A stretch of 56,726 bases of DNA from Tabrizicola sp. (GCF_031377265.1 NZ_JANMET010000111.1:1-56726); one strand, 5' to 3'. Numbered from the stretch's first letter, positions 1 to 10,293 are shown. Made by a program: numbers and translations. Notes: generated by a model from the letters alone, not told the origin.

Positions 1-965
1 TCTACGTTGCGAACTGGTTCCTGCTGTCGATGATCCTGACCGTTGCCATGCTGCATCTGGTGAACAACGCGGCAATCCCGGTGTCGATCTTCGGGTCAGC
101 GCAGGTGCAGGTCTATTCCGGTGTGCAGGATGCGATGGTGCAGTGGTGGTACGGCCACAACGCCGTTGGCTTCTTTCTGACCGCCGGCTTTCTTGGGATG
201 ATGTACTACTTCGTGCCAAAACAGGCGGAACGGCCGATCTACAGCTACAAGCTTTCGATCATCCACTTCTGGGCGCTGATCTTCCTCTACATCTGGGCCG
301 GGCCGCATCATCTGCATTACACCGCGCTGCCGGACTGGGCCTCGACGCTTGGCATGGTGTTCTCGGTGATCCTGTGGATGCCAAGCTGGGGTGGCATGAT
401 CAACGGGCTGATGACGCTGTCGGGCGCCTGGGACAAGCTGCGCACCGATCCGATCATCCGGATGATGGTGGTGTCCATCGGCTTTTACGGGATGAGCACC
501 TTCGAAGGGCCGATGATGTCGATCAAGGCGGTGAACTCGTTGTCGCATTACACCGATTGGACCATCGGGCACGTGCATTCCGGCGCCTTGGGCTGGAACG
601 GGATGATCACCTTCGGCGTGCTGTATTTCCTGGTGCCAAAGCTGTGGAACCGCGAGCGGCTTTACAGTCTGACGCTGGTGTCGTGGCACTTCTGGTTGGC
701 GACGATCGGGATCGTGCTTTACGCGTCTTCGATGTGGGTCACCGGGATCATGGAGGGCCTGATGTGGCGCGAAGTGGATGCGAACGGGTTCCTGGTGAAC
801 GCGTTTGCCGACACGGTGGCCGCGAAGTTCCCGATGTATGTGGTGCGGGCGCTGGGCGGGGGGCTGTTCCTGATGGGCGCGCTGATCATGTGTTACAACT
901 TGTGGATGACGGTGCGTGCGCAGCCCCAACGGGCGACGCAGCACTCGGCAGTCCCGGCGGAATGA
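1..965 (+). CDS. ccoN: cbb3-type cytochrome c oxidase subunit I (CcoN), C-terminal part; the 5' end lies off the window
   Basis: The frame is open from base 3 ([14 protein letters not shown]...) and continuous with listed ORF 30..965. Polytopic membrane protein with GPHHLHYT and [15 protein letters not shown] histidine-ligand motifs. Followed by ccoO-ccoQ-ccoP in canonical order. Confidence 0.9.
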   Translation, partial: YVANWFLLSMILTVAMLHLVNNAAIPVSIFGSAQVQVYSGVQDAMVQWWYGHNAVGFFLTAGFLGMMYYFVPKQAERPIYSYKLSIIHFWALIFLYIWAGPHHLHYTALPDWASTLGMVFSVILWMPSWGGMINGLMTLSGAWDKLRTDPIIRMMVVSIGFYGMSTFEGPMMSIKAVNSLSHYTDWTIGHVHSGALGWNGMITFGVLYFLVPKLWNRERLYSLTLVSWHFWLATIGIVLYASSMWVTGIMEGLMWREVDANGFLVNAFADTVAAKFPMYVVRALGGGLFLMGALIMCYNLWMTVRAQPQRATQHSAVPAE

Positions 966-977
966 GAGGGCGGGACA

Positions 978-1721
978 ATGGGTATTCTTGACAAACACAA
1001 GGCAATCGAGACGCATGCGACGCTGCTGATGGTGCTGAGCCTTCTGGTCGTGACCATCGGGGGGATCGTGCAGATCGTGCCGCTGTTCTACCTGGAGAAC
1101 ACCATCGAAAAGGTGGACGGGATGCGCCCCTATACCCCGCTGGAGCTGGCCGGACGGGATATCTACATCCGCGAGGGCTGCTACAACTGTCACAGCCAGA
1201 TGATCCGCCCGATGCGCGACGAGGTGGAGCGGTATGGCCACTACAGCCTTGCTGCGGAAAGCATGTACGACCATCCGTTCCAGTGGGGGTCCAAGCGCAC
1301 CGGGCCTGATCTGGCGCGGGTGGGCGGGCGCTATTCGGATGAATGGCATGTCGACCATCTGACCTATGCGCGCGGTGTGGTGCCTGAATCGGTGATGCCG
1401 CCTTACGGGTTCCTTGCCAACGCAGTGATCGACGGCAAGTACATCGAAGATGTGATGGCCACGCACCGTATGGTGGGGGTGCCTTACACCGATGCGATGG
1501 TGGAAAACGGTCTGGCAGACATGACGGCACAGGCCGATCCGCTGGGCGACAGTTCCGGTGTTGAGGAACGCTATGGCGCAGACGCCTTCGGCACCGCAGT
1601 CAATGTGCGCAACTTTGACGGCAAGCCCGAACTGACCGAGATGGACGCGCTGATCGCCTATCTGCAAGTGCTGGGCACGATGGTCGATTTCTCGACCTTC
1701 ACGCCCGTGGCGAACCGGTAA
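978..1721 (+). CDS. ccoO: cbb3-type cytochrome c oxidase subunit II (CcoO), monoheme cytochrome c
   Basis: N-terminal TM helix, single heme motif [11 protein letters not shown], and position directly after ccoN. Confidence 0.92.
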   Translation: MGILDKHKAIETHATLLMVLSLLVVTIGGIVQIVPLFYLENTIEKVDGMRPYTPLELAGRDIYIREGCYNCHSQMIRPMRDEVERYGHYSLAAESMYDHPFQWGSKRTGPDLARVGGRYSDEWHVDHLTYARGVVPESVMPPYGFLANAVIDGKYIEDVMATHRMVGVPYTDAMVENGLADMTAQADPLGDSSGVEERYGADAFGTAVNVRNFDGKPELTEMDALIAYLQVLGTMVDFSTFTPVANR

Positions 1722-1732
1722 GGGAGGGGAAC

Positions 1733-1930
1733 ATGGAGATCTATACGTTCCTGCGCCACATGGCCGACAGCTGGTTCTTGCTGGCGATGACGCTGGGCTT
1801 TCTGGCGCTGTGTGTCTGGGCCTTTCGTCCGGGCAGCCGAACCACCCATGAGGAGGTGGCCAAGTCGATCTTTCGCAATGACGAGCGTCCTGCGGAAGAC
1901 CCCCCAGCCACCAACCGGAAGGAGGCGTAA
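1733..1930 (+). CDS. ccoQ: cbb3-type cytochrome c oxidase subunit CcoQ (small single-TM protein)
   Basis: 65-aa ORF with one hydrophobic helix ([18 protein letters not shown]), lying between ccoO and ccoP as in known ccoNOQP operons. Confidence 0.7.
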   Translation: MEIYTFLRHMADSWFLLAMTLGFLALCVWAFRPGSRTTHEEVAKSIFRNDERPAEDPPATNRKEA

Positions 1931-1932
1931 TC

Positions 1933-2811
1933 ATGTGCGCCAAGCAAGTTAAGAAAGAACCGCGGCAGGTGGAAACGACCGGCCACCAGTGGGACGGGAT
2001 CGAGGAGTTGAACAACCCGCTGCCGCGCTGGTGGGTCTGGGTATTCTATGCGACCATCGTCTGGGGGATTGGTTACACGGTGGCGTATCCGGCCTGGCCC
2101 TTGATCACCGGGGCAACTCCGGGGGTGATCGGCGGATCGACCCGTGCCGATGTGGCAGCTGAGATCGAGCGGTTCGATGCGGCCAATTCTGCCATCAAGG
2201 CAAAGCTGGTGGCAGCTGATCTGAATGCCATCGGGTCTGACCCCGATCTTGCGGGCTACGCGGAACGGGCTGGCGCGGCGGTGTTTCGCACCAACTGCAC
2301 CACCTGTCACGGGTCAGGTGCGGCGGGTTTTGTTGGCAAGGGATACCCGAACCTTCTGGACGATGACTGGCTGTGGGGCGGGACGATGGAGGATATCCAC
2401 CTGACCATCACCCATGGCATCCGCAATACGACCGACCCCGACGCGCGCTATTCCGAGATGCCGAAGTATGGTGTCGACGAACTGCTGGATGCCACGCAGA
2501 TCGGGCAGGTTGTGGAACATGTGCTGAAGATCTCGGGTCAGGAGCATGACGCCGTTGCCGCAGAGGCAGGCGCCACAGTCTTTGCCGAGAACTGCGCCGC
2601 CTGCCACATGGAAGATGGCGCCGGAGATCGGACACAAGGCGCGCCCAAGCTGACCGATGCGATCTGGCTTTACGGTGGCACGCGCGAGGCGATCACCTAC
2701 ACTGTCACGAATGCGCGGTTCGGGGTGATGCCGAACTGGAACAAGCGGCTGAGCGAAGATGACATTCGCGCTGTCGCGTTTTATGTGCACAGCCGGGGGG
2801 GCGGCGAGTGA
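1933..2811 (+). CDS. ccoP: cbb3-type cytochrome c oxidase subunit III (CcoP), diheme cytochrome c
   Basis: [20 protein letters not shown]-terminus and two CxxCH motifs ([17 protein letters not shown]). GGAGG lies upstream of the ATG. Confidence 0.9.
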   Translation: MCAKQVKKEPRQVETTGHQWDGIEELNNPLPRWWVWVFYATIVWGIGYTVAYPAWPLITGATPGVIGGSTRADVAAEIERFDAANSAIKAKLVAADLNAIGSDPDLAGYAERAGAAVFRTNCTTCHGSGAAGFVGKGYPNLLDDDWLWGGTMEDIHLTITHGIRNTTDPDARYSEMPKYGVDELLDATQIGQVVEHVLKISGQEHDAVAAEAGATVFAENCAACHMEDGAGDRTQGAPKLTDAIWLYGGTREAITYTVTNARFGVMPNWNKRLSEDDIRAVAFYVHSRGGGE

Positions 2812-2814
2812 CCA

Positions 2815-4299
2815 ATGCGCCGGGCGGCATCATCCGCCCGGCATCCCCCATTTGACCTGCCGGAGCCTTTCGTGACCCAACCAGACACCGACACACCGAG
2901 CCTGTATCAGGCGCGCGAGCCGATCTTTCCGCGCCGGGTGAAAGGTGCGTTCCGCACGATGAAGTGGTGGATCATGGCGGTGACGCTCGGGATTTACTAC
3001 ATCACGCCATGGCTGCGCTGGGACCGGGGACCGAACTTGCCGGATCAGGCGGTGCTGATCGACATGGCGGGGCGGCGGTTCTTTTTCTTCATGATCGAGA
3101 TCTGGCCGCACGAGTTTTACTTCGTGGCTGGGTTGCTGATCATGGCCGGACTGGGCTTGTTTTTGTTCACCAGTGCGGCGGGCCGGGTCTGGTGCGGTTA
3201 TGCCTGCCCGCAGACGGTGTGGACCGACCTGTTCATTCTGGTCGAACGCTGGATCGAGGGTGATCGCAACGCGCGGCTGCGCCTGCATCGGCAGGCCTGG
3301 AACGCCGAGAAGGCCCGCAAACGGGCGGTCAAGTGGACGGTGTGGCTATTGATCGCGCTGGGCACCGGGGGGGCGTGGGTGTTTTACTTTACTGATGCGC
3401 CGACGCTTTTGGGCGACCTGTTGACCGGCAGCGCGCATCCGGTGGCCTATATCACCATTGCCATCCTGACCGGGACAACCTTTGCCTTTGGCGGCTTTGC
3501 GCGTGAACAGATCTGCATTTACGCCTGCCCATGGCCGCGCATCCAGGCCGCGATGGTGGACGAAGATACCCTGACCATCGGCTACCGCGACTGGCGGGGA
3601 GAGCCGCGTGGCAAGCAGGATGTGGCGGGCAACGGCGACTGCATCGACTGCATGGCCTGCGTCAACGTCTGCCCGATGGGGATTGATATTCGCAACGGTC
3701 AGCAAATGGCCTGCATCACTTGCGGCTTGTGCATCGACGCGTGCAACGACGTGATGGACCGGATCGGCAAGCCGCGCGACCTGATCGGCTACATGGCGCT
3801 GACCGACGAGGTGCGCGAACGCGCGGGGCAGCCTGCGAAAAGTGTCTGGGCGCATGTGTTCCGGCCCCGGACGATCATGTACACGGTACTGTGGGCCGGG
3901 GTTGGGGTCGGGCTGGTGGTGGCGCTGTTCCTGCGATCGCCCATCGACATCAACGTGACGCCGGTGCGGAACCCGACCTATGTGACACTGTCGGATGGCA
4001 GCATCCGCAACGCCTATGACCTGCGGCTGCGCAACAAGTCTGGCGATGACCAGCAGTTCGGCATTTCGGTGACGTCAGAAGAATTTGTCACCCTGTCGCT
4101 GGAAGGCGCCGAGGGTCTGATCGTGACGGTTCCGGCCAATGAGACAGCGACGCAGCGGGTCTATCTGACGGCGGCAGCGGGGTCCGAGGCGGCGGGGGAT
4201 GATCGGTCCGACGTGCGGCTATGGGTCGAAGAGGTGGGGTCCACCAACCGGGCGCATCTGGATACGGTATTCAATGGCAAGGAAGACGGCGATGACTGA
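2815..4299 (+). CDS. ccoG: cytochrome c oxidase accessory protein CcoG/FixG (polyferredoxin-like membrane protein)
   Basis: Cys clusters CPQTVW, CIYACPWPR, CIDCMACVNVCP and CITCGLCIDACN. The start is uncertain: ATG 2815, or GTG 2872 preceded by GGAG. Confidence 0.88.
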   Translation: MRRAASSARHPPFDLPEPFVTQPDTDTPSLYQAREPIFPRRVKGAFRTMKWWIMAVTLGIYYITPWLRWDRGPNLPDQAVLIDMAGRRFFFFMIEIWPHEFYFVAGLLIMAGLGLFLFTSAAGRVWCGYACPQTVWTDLFILVERWIEGDRNARLRLHRQAWNAEKARKRAVKWTVWLLIALGTGGAWVFYFTDAPTLLGDLLTGSAHPVAYITIAILTGTTFAFGGFAREQICIYACPWPRIQAAMVDEDTLTIGYRDWRGEPRGKQDVAGNGDCIDCMACVNVCPMGIDIRNGQQMACITCGLCIDACNDVMDRIGKPRDLIGYMALTDEVRERAGQPAKSVWAHVFRPRTIMYTVLWAGVGVGLVVALFLRSPIDINVTPVRNPTYVTLSDGSIRNAYDLRLRNKSGDDQQFGISVTSEEFVTLSLEGAEGLIVTVPANETATQRVYLTAAAGSEAAGDDRSDVRLWVEEVGSTNRAHLDTVFNGKEDGDD

Positions 4300-4744
4300 A
4301 CTGACCGGGCGGCATGTGTTCTTCATCACCACGGGGGCGTTCGCGGTGATCATCGGGGTGAATATGGTGCTGGCGTTCAAGGCGGTCAGCACGTTTCCGG
4401 GGCTGGAGGTCGACAACTCCTACGTCGCGAGCCAGGGGTTCGACGACCGCAAGGCGGCGCAGGAAGCTTTGGGCTGGCAGATGCAGCCGGCGTATGAGGG
4501 CGGGCGGATGACGCTGGCGTTTGTCGACCGCGACGGGGTGCCGATGGCGGTGAGCGATCTGCAGGTGCTGGTGGGCCGCACGACTGAAGCCAAGGACGAT
4601 GTCTGGCCGGTGTTTGCAGCGGTTGGCACCGGGTATGAGGCGGACGTGCCGCTGGCGCGGGGCAAGTGGATGGTCAAGGTGACCGCCAAATCGGCGGATG
4701 GCACGCTGTTTGAACAACGCTCGGAACTGCAAGTGAAGGGCTGA
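4292..4744 (+). CDS. ccoH: FixH/CcoH family cbb3 oxidase assembly protein
   Basis: The internal ATG at 4292 overlaps the ccoG stop. The product begins MTELTGRHVFFITTGAFAVIIGVNMVLAF (single TM) as in FixH. Listed ORF 4199..4744 is the same frame with an unlikely upstream start. Confidence 0.8.
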   Translation: MTELTGRHVFFITTGAFAVIIGVNMVLAFKAVSTFPGLEVDNSYVASQGFDDRKAAQEALGWQMQPAYEGGRMTLAFVDRDGVPMAVSDLQVLVGRTTEAKDDVWPVFAAVGTGYEADVPLARGKWMVKVTAKSADGTLFEQRSELQVKG

Positions 4745-4748
4745 GGCG

Positions 4749-6947
4749 ATGGCGCTGGCGGAAAGCTTTCCCGAAACGAGCCGGATGTCGGCCTGCCCGG
4801 CCTGCGCCGTGGTGCCAAGCGCCGAGCGGCTGGCGGCACTGGCGGAACCGGTTGCGGCGCGCATCATGCTGTCACTGCCGTTGGCGCACTGCGCGACGTG
4901 TATTTCCGCCGTTGAATCGGCGCTGTCCACCATTCCGGGGGTGCGGTCGGCGCGGGTGAACCTGACGCGCAAGCGGGTGAGTGTGGACGCCTCGCCCGAT
5001 GTCACGGCGGCGCAGTTGATCGGTGTGCTGGCGGCCGAAGGGCAGGAGGCGCATGAGCTGGACCCCGGTTTGCTGAGCACGACCGAGACGGACCGGCAAG
5101 GGCGCGATCTGCTGATGCGGCTGGGGGTTGCGTTCTTTTCGATGATGAATGTGATGCTGTTGTCGGTGGCCGTCTGGTCAGGGGCCGAGGCTGCGACGCG
5201 CGACATGTTCCACTGGATTTCGGCGGCGATTGCGCTGCCGACGGTGATTTTCGTCGGTCAGCCGTTCTTCAAATCTGCCTGGGCATCTTTGCGCGCCGGG
5301 CGGCTGGGGATGGATGTGCCAATTTCGCTGGCGCTGATCCTGGCAAGCACGATCTCGCTATACGAGACGTCGATGTCAGGGGAACAGGCGTATTTCGACG
5401 CGGCGGTGATGCTGGCGTTTTTCCTGCTGCTGGGGCGCTATCTGGACCACCGCACCCGCGCGGTGGCGCGGTCGGCGGCGGAGGAGCTGGCCGCGCTGGA
5501 AGTGCCGCGCGCGACCGTGCTGGCGGGTGGGGTCGAGGACGTGCGGGCGATTTCCGCTGTGCTGGCGGGCGATCTGGTGCTGGTGCGGCCCGGGGGGCGG
5601 ATGCCGGTGGACGGCGTGGTGGTCGAGGGTGCGTCAGAGGTGGACCGAAGCCTGTTGACGGGCGAAAGCCTGCCGGTCTTCGCGGGCGAGGGCACTGTGG
5701 TCAGCGCCGGTGAGGTGAACCTGACCGGACCCCTGACGCTGCGGGTGACGGCGGCGGGCAAGGACAGTTCGCTGCACCGGATGGCCGATCTGGTTGCGGT
5801 CGCCGAAGGGGCGAAGACGCGCTACACCAGTTTGGCGGACCGGGCGGCGAAGCTGTATTCGCCGTTGGTGCATATCCTGTCATTCAGCGCCTTTGGCTAC
5901 TGGATGTGGGCGACGGGCGGCGATGTGCGCTATGCCATCAACATCTCGGCAGCGGTGCTGATCATCACTTGCCCCTGCGCGCTGGGGCTTGCGGTGCCTG
6001 CGGTGGTCACATCGGCCAGCGGGCGGCTGTTTCGCAAGGGTCTGCTGATCAAGGCGGGAACGGCGCTGGAGCGGCTGGCCGAGGTCGACACGGTGGTGTT
6101 CGACAAGACCGGAACCTTGACGATGGGGGTGCCGGGGGTGACGAACCTTGACAGCCAGCCGCATGAGGCCGTGGCCGTGGCCGCCGGTCTGGCGGCGGGG
6201 TCGTCGCATCCGCTGGCGCGGTCGCTGGTGGCGGCGGCAAGGGCTGCGGGGCTGGAACCTGCGGTGGTTGGCGCAGTGAACGAGGTGCCGGGCTACGGCA
6301 TTGAAGGCGTCTGGCAGGGCAAACGGGTGCGGTTGGGCCGGGCGGAATGGTGCGGGGCCGAAGTCTTGCCAGTGACGGCAAGCTATCTGAGCATGGGGGG
6401 CGCGGTGTTGCCCTTCACCTTTGCCGATGCGCTGCGGCCGGGGGCAGAGGTGGCGGTGTCGGCGTTGCGCAAGGCGGGCATGCGGATTGTGCTGCTGTCG
6501 GGCGACGCGCCGGGTGCGGTGGCCGATCTGGCGGGCCGGTTGGGGATCGAGGATTGGTCGGCGGGTGTGTTGCCGGCAGAAAAGGCGGCGCGGGTGGCGG
6601 CGCTTTCGGCGGCGGGGCGCAAGGTTCTGATGGTGGGTGACGGGCTGAATGATACCGCGGCGCTGGCGGCGGCGCATGTGTCAATCAGCCCGGCATCGGC
6701 GCTGGATGCAGCACGGGTGGCATCCGATATCGTGCTGCTGGGCCAGGACATGGCGCCGATCGCGGATGCGGTCCGGATCAGCCGTCAGGCGGTGCGGCGG
6801 ATGGTGGAAAACTTCGTGATCTCGGGCGGGTACAACGTGGTGGCGGTGCCTTTGGCGCTGGTGGGTGCTGCAACGCCCCTGGCGGCGGCACTGGCGATGT
6901 CACTGTCGTCGATCACCGTGTCGTTGAACGCGATGCGGTTGAAGTAG
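4749..6947 (+). CDS. ccoI: copper-translocating P1B-type ATPase CcoI/FixI
   Basis: HMA-like CxxC (HCATCISAVE), CPC membrane motif (ITCPCALGLA), phosphorylation site FDKTGTLT and hinge GDGLND. Confidence 0.9.
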   Translation: MALAESFPETSRMSACPACAVVPSAERLAALAEPVAARIMLSLPLAHCATCISAVESALSTIPGVRSARVNLTRKRVSVDASPDVTAAQLIGVLAAEGQEAHELDPGLLSTTETDRQGRDLLMRLGVAFFSMMNVMLLSVAVWSGAEAATRDMFHWISAAIALPTVIFVGQPFFKSAWASLRAGRLGMDVPISLALILASTISLYETSMSGEQAYFDAAVMLAFFLLLGRYLDHRTRAVARSAAEELAALEVPRATVLAGGVEDVRAISAVLAGDLVLVRPGGRMPVDGVVVEGASEVDRSLLTGESLPVFAGEGTVVSAGEVNLTGPLTLRVTAAGKDSSLHRMADLVAVAEGAKTRYTSLADRAAKLYSPLVHILSFSAFGYWMWATGGDVRYAINISAAVLIITCPCALGLAVPAVVTSASGRLFRKGLLIKAGTALERLAEVDTVVFDKTGTLTMGVPGVTNLDSQPHEAVAVAAGLAAGSSHPLARSLVAAARAAGLEPAVVGAVNEVPGYGIEGVWQGKRVRLGRAEWCGAEVLPVTASYLSMGGAVLPFTFADALRPGAEVAVSALRKAGMRIVLLSGDAPGAVADLAGRLGIEDWSAGVLPAEKAARVAALSAAGRKVLMVGDGLNDTAALAAAHVSISPASALDAARVASDIVLLGQDMAPIADAVRISRQAVRRMVENFVISGGYNVVAVPLALVGAATPLAAALAMSLSSITVSLNAMRLK

Positions 6948-7106
6948 ATGGAGATTCTGGCCATCCTGATCCCGGTGTCGCTGTTTCTGGGCGGTGTCGG
7001 GCTGGTGGCGTTTTTCTGGGCGATGAAGACCAAGCAGTTTGACGACCCCGAGGGGGATGCGAACCGGATCCTGACCAAGGACTGGGACGAGCACCCCAAA
7101 CCCTGA
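6948..7106 (+). CDS. ccoS: cbb3 oxidase maturation protein CcoS/FixS (52 aa, not in the supplied ORF track)
   Basis: The ATG sits immediately after the ccoI TAG. I translated it as MEILAILIPVSLFLGGVGLVAFFWAMKTKQFDDPEGDANRILTKDWDEHPKP. It has a single TM plus the typical FDD...IL..D tail, in the canonical position after ccoI. Confidence 0.7.
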   Translation: MEILAILIPVSLFLGGVGLVAFFWAMKTKQFDDPEGDANRILTKDWDEHPKP

Positions 7107-7121
7107 CGGTTTTCAAGTGGA

Positions 7122-7146
7122 GCCGCCTGCCGAAGGGGCAGGCGGC
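7122..7146. terminator. GC-rich hairpin between convergent ccoS and the PBP gene
   Basis: Perfect 10-bp stem GCCGCCTGCC / GGCAGGCGGC with a 5-nt loop. No clear U-run, so it may be a terminator or an RNA-stabilising hairpin. Confidence 0.4.
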
Positions 7147-7156
7147 ACGGCTGTCC

Positions 7157-7212
7157 TGTCGCCTGCGCGGCCGGGGCCGCTTGGCTCCGGTTTTGAGTAT
7201 TTGGACAAAGAG
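7157..7212. repeat. intergenic repeat element, copy A
   Basis: TGTCGCCTGCGCGGCCGGGGCCGCTTGGCTCCG ... TATTTGGACAAAGAG. The 33-nt core matches 43751..43783 with 2 mismatches. Confidence 0.55.
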
Positions 7213-7259
7213 CAAACCTGGGATCGGCGCGCTGGTCTTGAATTCGGTCGCCTGGTGGA

Positions 7260-9320
7260 TCAGGGCGACAGGGTTTCGCAGGGGATGGCGCGGGCGTGCA
7301 GGCGGCGGCAGGCGAGGTCTGCCTGATCCTCGGTCAGCCCCATGAAGTTGGCGTGCCAGGTGCCATCTTTCTGGCTGATCTTGCGCAGGCCATCGTTCAG
7401 GGTGGCGCTTTCGGCCAGGGCGGTTTTCAGGAGTGCGCGTTCGGCATCGTAACGCGACGGGAAGTTGCCGACATTGACCCCGAAATGGCGACCGCCGGAG
7501 GTGGACATGACGACGACGACCTCCTGGTCTTCGGCGGCGGGTTCTTCAAGCGCGGGTTCGGCGCTGTCGAAGATCGGGGCCTTGCGCGGGGTGGTAATCA
7601 TGGCTGTGGCGAGTTCGGTCGGGGGCGGGGTGGCATTGGCTGCGCCGGCAACGGTTTCCACATCGGTCACCTCGGGCAAGGCATCGGTCGTGTCTGCGAG
7701 GGCGATGTCTTCGGCCAGCGGTTCACCGGCGTCGGTCATGACGAGCTCCGGGGTGGGCTGCGGTTCGGCAACGGCGAGCTCTACGGGAGCGTCGGCGGGG
7801 CTATTGTTGGGCAGATCCTCAGGGCGGGCCGGAGGCTTCAGGGCGGCGAGGGGGGAGTCTTCCAGGGGGTCGGTGGGGGTGGCATCGGCGATGACGAGGG
7901 CCTGGGCGTCAAGCGTGCCATCGGAGCCCGTTTCGGGCAGGGTGCCTTCGGCGACGGCGACGGCTTCGGCGTCAAGTGTGGCTTCTTCTGCGGGCATTTC
8001 CGGCAGAGTGTCGTCGGCGAGGGCGATGGCCTGTGCGTCAAGCGTTCCGGCGGGGGCTTCGGTTGGCGCTTCTGCCAGGGCAAGTGCCACTGCGGCATCG
8101 GTTTCGGCGTCGGTGGGGGCGGCGGCGATGGCCTCGGCCTGGAAGTCTAGGGTGCCTTCGGGGGCAGACTCGGCGGTTGCTTCGGCAAGTGCGCCCTCGA
8201 TGCTTTCAGCCATCGCGATGGCTATGTCATCGGGTACCTGTGGGGTGCTGGGGCGCGGCTTGGGGCGCGGCGAGACACTCACGGCGCCGGAAATGCGCAG
8301 GGTCTTGGCGGAGCCGCCTTCGGCATCGGGCACGTCGATCTCAGGCTCGGCCGAGGCGATCAGGGCGTCAGTGGGGGCCTCTGGCGCCACCGGCTTTTGT
8401 TCGTCGACGCGGTTCTTGGCGATGCCAAAGCCGAGATCCATCAACTCTATCATCTTGGCGTTGCGGGCAGCTGTGGACGCGCCGCCGAACACCGTTGCGA
8501 TGATGCGCTTGTTTCCGCGCTGCGCCGAGGCGGTGAGGTTGAAGCCGGCAGCGCCGGTGTAACCGGTCTTGATGCCGTCAGCGCCTTCGTAGGCGTCGAG
8601 GAAACGCGAGTTGGTGTTGCGCACTTCAGCTACGCCGGCATCGGCGGTGCGGCGGGAGAAGATGTTGTAATACTGCGGAAAATCGTAGAATAGATGGCGG
8701 CCAAGCGTGGTCATATCACGGGCCGAGGACAGGTGGCCTTCGGCGGTCAGGCCGTTGGCGTTGCGGAAGGTGGTGTTGGTCATGCCAAGCTGCTTGGCGG
8801 TGCGGGTCATGCGTTTGGCGAAGGCGGCCTCGGTGCCGCCGATGGCCTCGCCGATTGTGGTGGCAGCGTCGTTGGCGGATTTGACGGCGGCGGCGCGGAT
8901 CAGGTAGCGCAGGGCGATCTTTTGCCCCGGCTTAAGCCCAAGGCGCGAAGGCGGCTGTCCGGCGGCGTGTTTGGATACGGTGATCTTGCTGTCGAGCGAC
9001 AAGCGACCAGCCTCGATTTCCTGAAAGGTGATGTAGAGCGTCATCATCTTGGTCAGCGACGCCGGGTTCAACCGGGCGTCGGCGTTCTTTTCATACAACG
9101 TCTCGCCGGTGCGCGCGTCGATCACGATGGCTGCAAAGGGTGCCGCCTGCGCGGGCACAAACAGCAAAATGCCGATCATCAATATGATGGTGAAACGGAG
9201 AATCCGCCCGATAAGCGATACCACGTCGCTGGTCCCTTTGACTGTCCGACCCGGATTCCCGGTGTCGATTTTCTGCCTCATGGTCGAGGCTAGCACAGGC
9301 TTCACAATCCGAAAACCCAC
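7260..9320 (-). CDS. D-alanyl-D-alanine carboxypeptidase (S11, PBP5/6-like) with a long acidic low-complexity linker and a C-terminal SPOR domain
   Basis: SxxK (SLTK), SxN (SAN) and KTG (KTGYTG) motifs follow an N-terminal TM/signal segment. The C-terminal ~80 aa (GRHFGVNVGNFPSRYDAERAL...WHANFMGLTEDQADLACRRL) looks like SPOR. The true start may be M14 (9281). Confidence 0.85.
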   Translation of the reverse strand: MGFRIVKPVLASTMRQKIDTGNPGRTVKGTSDVVSLIGRILRFTIILMIGILLFVPAQAAPFAAIVIDARTGETLYEKNADARLNPASLTKMMTLYITFQEIEAGRLSLDSKITVSKHAAGQPPSRLGLKPGQKIALRYLIRAAAVKSANDAATTIGEAIGGTEAAFAKRMTRTAKQLGMTNTTFRNANGLTAEGHLSSARDMTTLGRHLFYDFPQYYNIFSRRTADAGVAEVRNTNSRFLDAYEGADGIKTGYTGAAGFNLTASAQRGNKRIIATVFGGASTAARNAKMIELMDLGFGIAKNRVDEQKPVAPEAPTDALIASAEPEIDVPDAEGGSAKTLRISGAVSVSPRPKPRPSTPQVPDDIAIAMAESIEGALAEATAESAPEGTLDFQAEAIAAAPTDAETDAAVALALAEAPTEAPAGTLDAQAIALADDTLPEMPAEEATLDAEAVAVAEGTLPETGSDGTLDAQALVIADATPTDPLEDSPLAALKPPARPEDLPNNSPADAPVELAVAEPQPTPELVMTDAGEPLAEDIALADTTDALPEVTDVETVAGAANATPPPTELATAMITTPRKAPIFDSAEPALEEPAAEDQEVVVVMSTSGGRHFGVNVGNFPSRYDAERALLKTALAESATLNDGLRKISQKDGTWHANFMGLTEDQADLACRRLHARAIPCETLSP

Positions 9321-9435
9321 AAATTACAATGGCTTTGGGGGAATACCTCACCTAGTTGCAGGGATGCTGCACCCCCATCAAGAATGGCCACATCTGGGGT
9401 CTTTTGCGACAGGTGACGCTATCTGTAGATGCCGT

Positions 9436-10125
9436 CTAAAGCAGTTCAATCAGGTCCGGAAGTGCCCCGAGATCGGCGATTGCATGAAAGCGCCGATGGG
9501 CGGTGGGCGGATCGGCAAATTCCAGCACCCAAGTGACGCCGTGCGGGACGTGTACGCCCCAGCTGCCAGCCTCAAGCGCGGGGATCACGTCTGATTTGAG
9601 AGAGTTGCCTACCATCATCGCCTGATCGGCCCCGGTTCCATGGCGGGCAAAGATCGACGTGTACGATGCGGCGGTCTTGTGGGACACGATTTCCACGCCG
9701 TGAAACAAATCACCAAGACCCGATTGCGCCAGTTTGCGTTCCTGATCCAGAAGGTCCCCTTTGGTGATCAGGACCACACGGTAGCGGGCCGCAAGCGTCG
9801 TCACCGTGGCGCGGGCGTGTGGCAGAAGGTCGATCGGATGTTCCAGCATTTCGCGCCCGGCAGCGATCAGTTCGCCGATCACGGTCGCGGGAACCCGACC
9901 TTCAGTCACCTCGATTGCGGTTTCGATCATCGAGAGGGTGAAGCCTTTGACGCCAAAGCCATACTGCCCGATGTTGCGGTGTTCAGCGGCAAGCAGTCGG
10001 TCATGCAATTGGCCTGCATCGGCGTGATCGGCCAGCAGGTTGACAAAACGATCCTGCGTCAGACGAAAGAACGCCTCGTTGTGCCACAGCGTATCGTCTG
10101 CATCGAAACCGATCGTGGTCAGCAT
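9436..10125 (-). CDS. HAD-superfamily hydrolase
   Basis: With the start at 10125, the product begins MLTTIGFDADDTLWHNE (DxDxT motif I). A later KGD...GNS..D region fits HAD motifs III/IV. The listed ORF extends 28 codons further upstream. Confidence 0.75.
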   Translation of the reverse strand: MLTTIGFDADDTLWHNEAFFRLTQDRFVNLLADHADAGQLHDRLLAAEHRNIGQYGFGVKGFTLSMIETAIEVTEGRVPATVIGELIAAGREMLEHPIDLLPHARATVTTLAARYRVVLITKGDLLDQERKLAQSGLGDLFHGVEIVSHKTAASYTSIFARHGTGADQAMMVGNSLKSDVIPALEAGSWGVHVPHGVTWVLEFADPPTAHRRFHAIADLGALPDLIELL

Positions 10126-10293
10126 CGCGGGCCCCTTTCGACCAAGTCTGTGCATGGACACAGCGATGTGCGCAATGGTCGTCTGACGGCCCCCTTTTCG
10201 CCACAGCAAAACCAGCTATATTGAGCGGATATGTGTCTGACCCCCGAATCTGCCATTCCGGAGCCACCCCTCGTGTCGCAACGTCCACTGAAC

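Noticed and set aside
503-517. FNR/FnrL-like half-palindrome ATGAT-GTCG-ATCAA
   Set aside because: It sits inside the ccoN coding sequence and has an imperfect left arm. I found no anaerobox-type site in any promoter-proximal gap in the window.
96-2015. 639-aa ORF on the minus strand
   Set aside because: It is antisense to the well-supported ccoN-ccoO-ccoQ-ccoP genes. Its composition is dominated by R/H/P/G, typical of shadow frames in high-GC DNA, and no motifs are present.
7296-8562. Two long plus-strand ORFs (7296..8150, 7465..8562)
   Set aside because: They lie opposite the low-complexity Ala/Glu/Pro linker of the PBP gene. Their Gly/Ser/Ala-rich products are mirror images of that linker, not genes.
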